Positions 59,626-64,000 of a DNA stretch of 64,000 bases are shown here, piece by piece. The stretch's first letter is position 1; every line of letters begins with the position of its first letter. The stretch comes from Macrostomum lignano. Its lineage: Eukaryota. Location: the NCBI GenBank assembly GCA_002269645.1, contig NIVC01000286.1, positions 186,001 to 250,000 on the forward strand. Direction: 5' to 3'. The translations under genes and the position numbers were made by a program. Below the pieces are notes generated by a model, which was not told the origin of the DNA, ran no database searches, and saw only the letters and a list, made by a program, of their open reading frames with translations.

Positions 59626-60308
59626 CAAATTCTGTTTTTGCCGCTGTACACGGCACCCTTTCACATTAATGGCTTTTTTTGCTCCTCTGCCATTGCTTGT
59701 GCGTTCTTTCGATTCTGACGCCGGGGTGCAGTGCACCGGAGCACAAAATTTATTTCACAAAATTTATTTCTTATTATTTAACTTCTTTGTTTTATTGAAT
59801 ATTTCTGGTGTTGTTTTATCAGTATTTTGTTTATTATTATCAGGCATTTTAAGGTCCTTAAGGCCTTCTTGCATAGCTGTAGCCATTAATTTAGTAATCT
59901 AGTTTTTATTTTTATTCATCCATTCTATTTATTTTGATTTATTACTCATCATTACTTAATCTATTTATTTTGCCAACTTTTATTTCTCTGCTCGGGGACT
60001 GTAGGACCTACGGTATGTACTATCGTTACTCTACTTTTAGCCACCATCTGTTTCTTTAGAGTCTCTGACTCATCATATTGTACATGTACTCGCCTTGCGT
60101 AGGGTTTTATGCGCTTGCACTGTTTTATTCCTGCCTGTCTCTCTTTATCGATTTTTCCTTCTTGGCGTTATCGCAACGTGCACAAATAAACTTTAGTCTA
60201 CTCGCCATGACGAATAATATACGAGTTCAGTATTCGAAATATCGGCAACAATAACTCTATTGCTTCTCAGTCCTTTTTTACCGTGTCAGCGCCCGAGACT
60301 GGAGGTGC

Positions 60309-60309
60309 C

Positions 60310-60375
<66 letters not shown>

Positions 60376-60401
60376 CCTCTCTCTCCCTCTCTCTCTCTCT
60401 T
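60309..60401. repeat. (CT)n microsatellite
   Basis: Direct reading. Confidence 0.95.
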
Positions 60402-60679
60402 TCATAAACTGTTTATTAAATAAAGGCTCTCTAAAACCAACTCTGCATTTATAACTAAAAATGTCAGTGAGAGTCGAATTATTTACCATGCAGTCGTGGT
60501 TAGAGCTTGCTTTGAGAAATTTAGAATTTTTTTCTCGAATCCGGAAGGAAGGCCCCCTGTTGTTGCAGTTTCTTTTATCCCAAGAGAGACCGGGGCGAAT
60601 GGGAAATATATTGCGCGCATGGGATACTAGGCTTAAAAAGAGCTGGATTGGCAGTTTCCATTGGCAGAAATTTAAGGCT

Positions 60680-61480
60680 CCAAGCCAAACCCAAAGCCAA
60701 ACTCCTAGACTAAAAAGCCAAACCCGAAGCCAACCCTATAGACTAAAAGCCAAATTCGAAGCCAACCCCATAGACTAAAAAGCCAAACCCGAAGCCAACC
60801 CCATAGACTAAAAAGCCAAACCCGAAGCCAACCCCATAGACTAAAAAGCCAAACCCGAAGCCAACCCCGTAGACTAAAAAGCCAAACCCGAAGCCAACCC
60901 CGTAGACTAAAAAGCCAAACCCAAAGCCAACCCCGTAGACTAAAAAGCCAAACCCGAAGCCAACCCCGTAGACTAAAAAGCCAAACCCGAAGCCAACCCC
61001 ATAGACTAAAAAGCCAAACCCGAAGCCAACCCCATAGACTAAAAGCCAAATTCGAAGCCAACCCCGTAGACTAAAAAGCCAAGCCCAAAGCCAACCCCGT
61101 AGACTAAAAAGCCAAACCCGAAGCCAACCCCGTAGACTAAAAAGCCAAACCCGAAGCCAACCCCGTAGACTAAAAAGCCAAACCCGAAGCCAACCCCGTA
61201 GACTAAAAAGCCAAATTCGAAGCCAACACCATAAACTAAAAAGCCAAACCCGAAGCCAACCCCGTAGACTAAAAAGCCAAACCCGAAGCCAACCCCGTAG
61301 ACTAAAAAGCCAAACCCGAAGCCAACCCCATAGACTAAAAAGCCAAACCCGAAGCCAACCCCATAGACTAAAAAGCCAAACCTGAAGCCAACCCCGTAGA
61401 CTAAAAAGCCAAACCCGAAGCCAACCCCGTAGACTAAAAAGCCAAACCCGAAGCCAAACCCTTAGACCCAAAAGCCAGTC
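60680..61480. repeat. 33-bp minisatellite GACTAAAAAGCCAAACCCGAAGCCAACCCC(G/A)TA
   Basis: 11-aa periodic ORFs. Confidence 0.95.
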
Positions 61481-63295
61481 CCAAAGCCTAATTATATTGA
61501 GTCACTTCAAAATTCGAGGTATAATATACGATAAAGGATAATATTAATAGGAAAAGAATTTTCAAATCGGTAGCGAAATCACTGGAATGCTACCTATGTC
61601 CAGATATTGGGCCCGGAATTCCTCGACGGCATATGCAAATTTATTGCCCTAGCAGCGCCGAGTCCGTCTTCAGTCTGGCGTGCAGATCTCTAGCGTATTA
61701 AAATATTTTCTAGGAAAGTTGCTAAGAATAGCACCCTTCGCAAAAAACTTTCCGCCCTGTCATATTTCGTTAAGGTTTTTATTTTTCTCTACCAAAAATC
61801 CCCCCCACCCTCATCGCAATGATGAGCTCTAGAAAGTAATTCCCAGAGTGCCGTGTGTGCGTCCCAGCCTGGGGGTAGCCAGTCGAGTCGGTGCAGACAG
61901 ATCTTCATAAACATAGGCATCCCTGTTTACATACACAGCTGGTGAGCTGACCCATAAGCAAGCGTCTTTCTCATCCTACAGTTGGGTTGTAGAATGGTCT
62001 AGTGCTCTACGATATACCCATTAAAGCTTGAGACTATGCATAGATAATTAGTATCAGCAGTGTTGCTTTTCTGTTTGATTAGTATTGTAACTTAATTATC
62101 AATTGTACTGCCGGTTTCATCAACTGGGTTGACGAAGTGACCAAGGATTTGGGGTTGCCTTAGTGGTAGTTGATGAAGTGAACAACTTTTTTATTTATCC
62201 CACGATTGGCCGGCTGACAGTGACCCGAGACGAGTGTCCGTCTCAATTTGTGGACAAGTTGACGAAATGATTAGGATTCCTTTTAGTTAGCCCACCCCAC
62301 CGCCAGTTTCTCTCTCCGCGTCGGCCCCAGCCCCACCCATGTTTTTCTACCCCCTCCCTGGAGTGAGCATGGAAGGAGCTATAGGCTAGGCGGGGGTGGG
62401 GGGGGGCAGGACTCGATTGGTCCGTTGCCCGACCACCCCACCACCCCACCACCGCCTTGCATTTTTCTACCCCCCCCCCTCACGCTAAAATGATGGCTCC
62501 TGATGGCTGCCTCGTGATTGGCTAATTCTTTTCTGCCATCTACTGCTAACACAGCTAAATCACACAGCTAACATACCAAAGCAATTGTGGATTGCTTAGA
62601 GTCTAGCTCAAGTTAAATAATTATTGATAGAAATACGAAATAAGAGCAATTTTCTGGCCATTTTAAAGAAATTTTATCCAGACTCAAAAGATTCTTTTGT
62701 GGCCGTTTCCACACTTATTTTAACTCTAATGTAAAGATACATGCTAAGTAGGGGTGTATCGATGATAAAACGTGGGTGAGCAGTGTTACGTTCGACGAAA
62801 AAGAATTGACGCAAAAATCCATACAAAGCCGTCCCATCGTTAAAAAATTAGCTTCATTTGATAGCAGCGTCAAAAGCTTTTAACTATACGAGTCACGTTT
62901 GTTCACGAGATCAAAAAGTTGAATTCGTTCATCAAGTTGATTTGGTGAAGCCCCTGGTGCGCACTTGACCGTGCTTTTTCATGGATTTTTCATGACATGT
63001 TTTCAACAGCAGTTTTTTCTTAATCGACCGCTTCCATTCCAGTTGCTGTCAATAGCAGTCCATGTGGAGCGGCACAAGTTGTAAAGAATACTTGACTAAG
63101 AATTCTTTCTAGGGAAAAACATCAATTTTTCGGCAGCCAATCCGCGCTGCCTGAAATGCCTAGTTGAGATGTGGGAAAAGGAAGACGGGTATCAGAGGAG
63201 GTGGGGGTTACTCTCGGCCTGATAAAGTTGTTGTCAACAACCCAGTCTTCTCGACCCAGTTTTAATTCCGTCTGTCGCCCAACTTAACCGAAGCA

Positions 63296-64000
63296 ATGTC
63301 GCTAGCCGACTACGAAAAAGTACTCTACCGCGACTTCGCGGAATACCGAGCCTACAAATGGCTCTGCTGGGTCGGCAGCCCGACTCTGTTCCTGCTTGGC
63401 TCCGTTGGAAACTGCCTGCTCGTCTGGCTGCTAATGCGAGGTCCCAGAAGGTGCCGAGCAGCTCAGCAGTATCTCATCCCGCTGGGAGTTGTTGACCAAC
63501 TAGTCCTGTGCTCCGGCCTGTTCAACAAATGGTTGCAACAAATGTTTGGCGTCAACATTGAGACTCTATCGCTAGCTACTTGCCTTGGTAACAAGTTCTT
63601 AGCGTATTTCTCCAGCTACCTGTCAGCTTTCCTGCTCAGCCTCATCTCTATTGAACGCGCCCTGGTAATGAGTTTCCCATTGAAGACGGCCAGCCTGCAG
63701 TCGCCGAAACGAGCCCGTCGTCTCATTGCCGGAGTGACGTGCCTGAGTTTCATCGTCAACTGCTACTGGTTCGCGGTGCTGGACCTGTCGGACTATCAGG
63801 TTCTGCCAGACAGCAGCAACAGCAGCAGCGGCAAGCCCGATGAGCCAACTATGCTGCCGATCTGCGACATCAAACAGTCCGCCTCTCACCTGAGCGGCCT
63901 GATCAGCGTGTTCGATGCCGTGCTGTATTCGATCCTGCCGGCTGCCGTCATTTTCAGCTGCAATTTGATTACAATTAGTAAATTGTACGGCGCTCGGAAG
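63296..64000 (+). CDS. Rhodopsin-class peptide-receptor-like GPCR, 3' truncated by the window edge (TM1-TM5)
   Basis: Open frame from ATG 63296 (MSLADYEK...) with TM1 LLGSVGNCLL, TM2 YLIPLGVVDQLVL, TM3 C...ISIERALV..FPL, TM5 DAVLYSILPAAVIFSCNLITI. Absent from the ORF track because it has no stop in the window. Confidence 0.88.
   Translation, partial: MSLADYEKVLYRDFAEYRAYKWLCWVGSPTLFLLGSVGNCLLVWLLMRGPRRCRAAQQYLIPLGVVDQLVLCSGLFNKWLQQMFGVNIETLSLATCLGNKFLAYFSSYLSAFLLSLISIERALVMSFPLKTASLQSPKRARRLIAGVTCLSFIVNCYWFAVLDLSDYQVLPDSSNSSSGKPDEPTMLPICDIKQSASHLSGLISVFDAVLYSILPAAVIFSCNLITISKLYGARK

Noticed and set aside
59700-59760. Possible second hammerhead (CTGACGCCGG...CCGG) after the PLE ORF
   Set aside because: Lacks the GA and GAAA core nucleotides and a pairable stem I.

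Overview
Eukaryotic (metazoan) genomic DNA with GT-AG introns, GC-rich exons, AT-rich spacers and many intronic minisatellites. The style fits a free-living flatworm such as Macrostomum (inference only). Genes read by eye: two paralogous atypical bZIP genes (-) flanking an intronless DHHC palmitoyltransferase (-); a ZC3HC1/NIPA-like zf-C3HC/Rsm1 gene (+); a two-exon rhodopsin-class GPCR (-); a 15-exon LRRC43-like gene (+); a 15-exon EFCAB6-like multi-EF-hand gene (+); a small InaF-motif gene (-); and a second GPCR running off the right edge (+). Mobile DNA: an internally deleted Merlin transposon with TIRs and an 8-bp TSD, two tRNA-derived SINE families (one CORE-type), MITEs, a degraded Penelope-like GIY-YIG fragment and a minimal hammerhead ribozyme relic. 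Most long ORFs in the supplied track are tandem-repeat artefacts. Best leads: the bZIP pair with a broken zipper plus a shared unrecognised C-terminal domain, inverted 31-bp intronic arrays bracketing a frame-symmetric 654-nt exon block of the EF-hand gene, and the hammerhead just downstream of the InaF gene. All exon models are manual, have no transcript support, and repeat boundaries are approximate.
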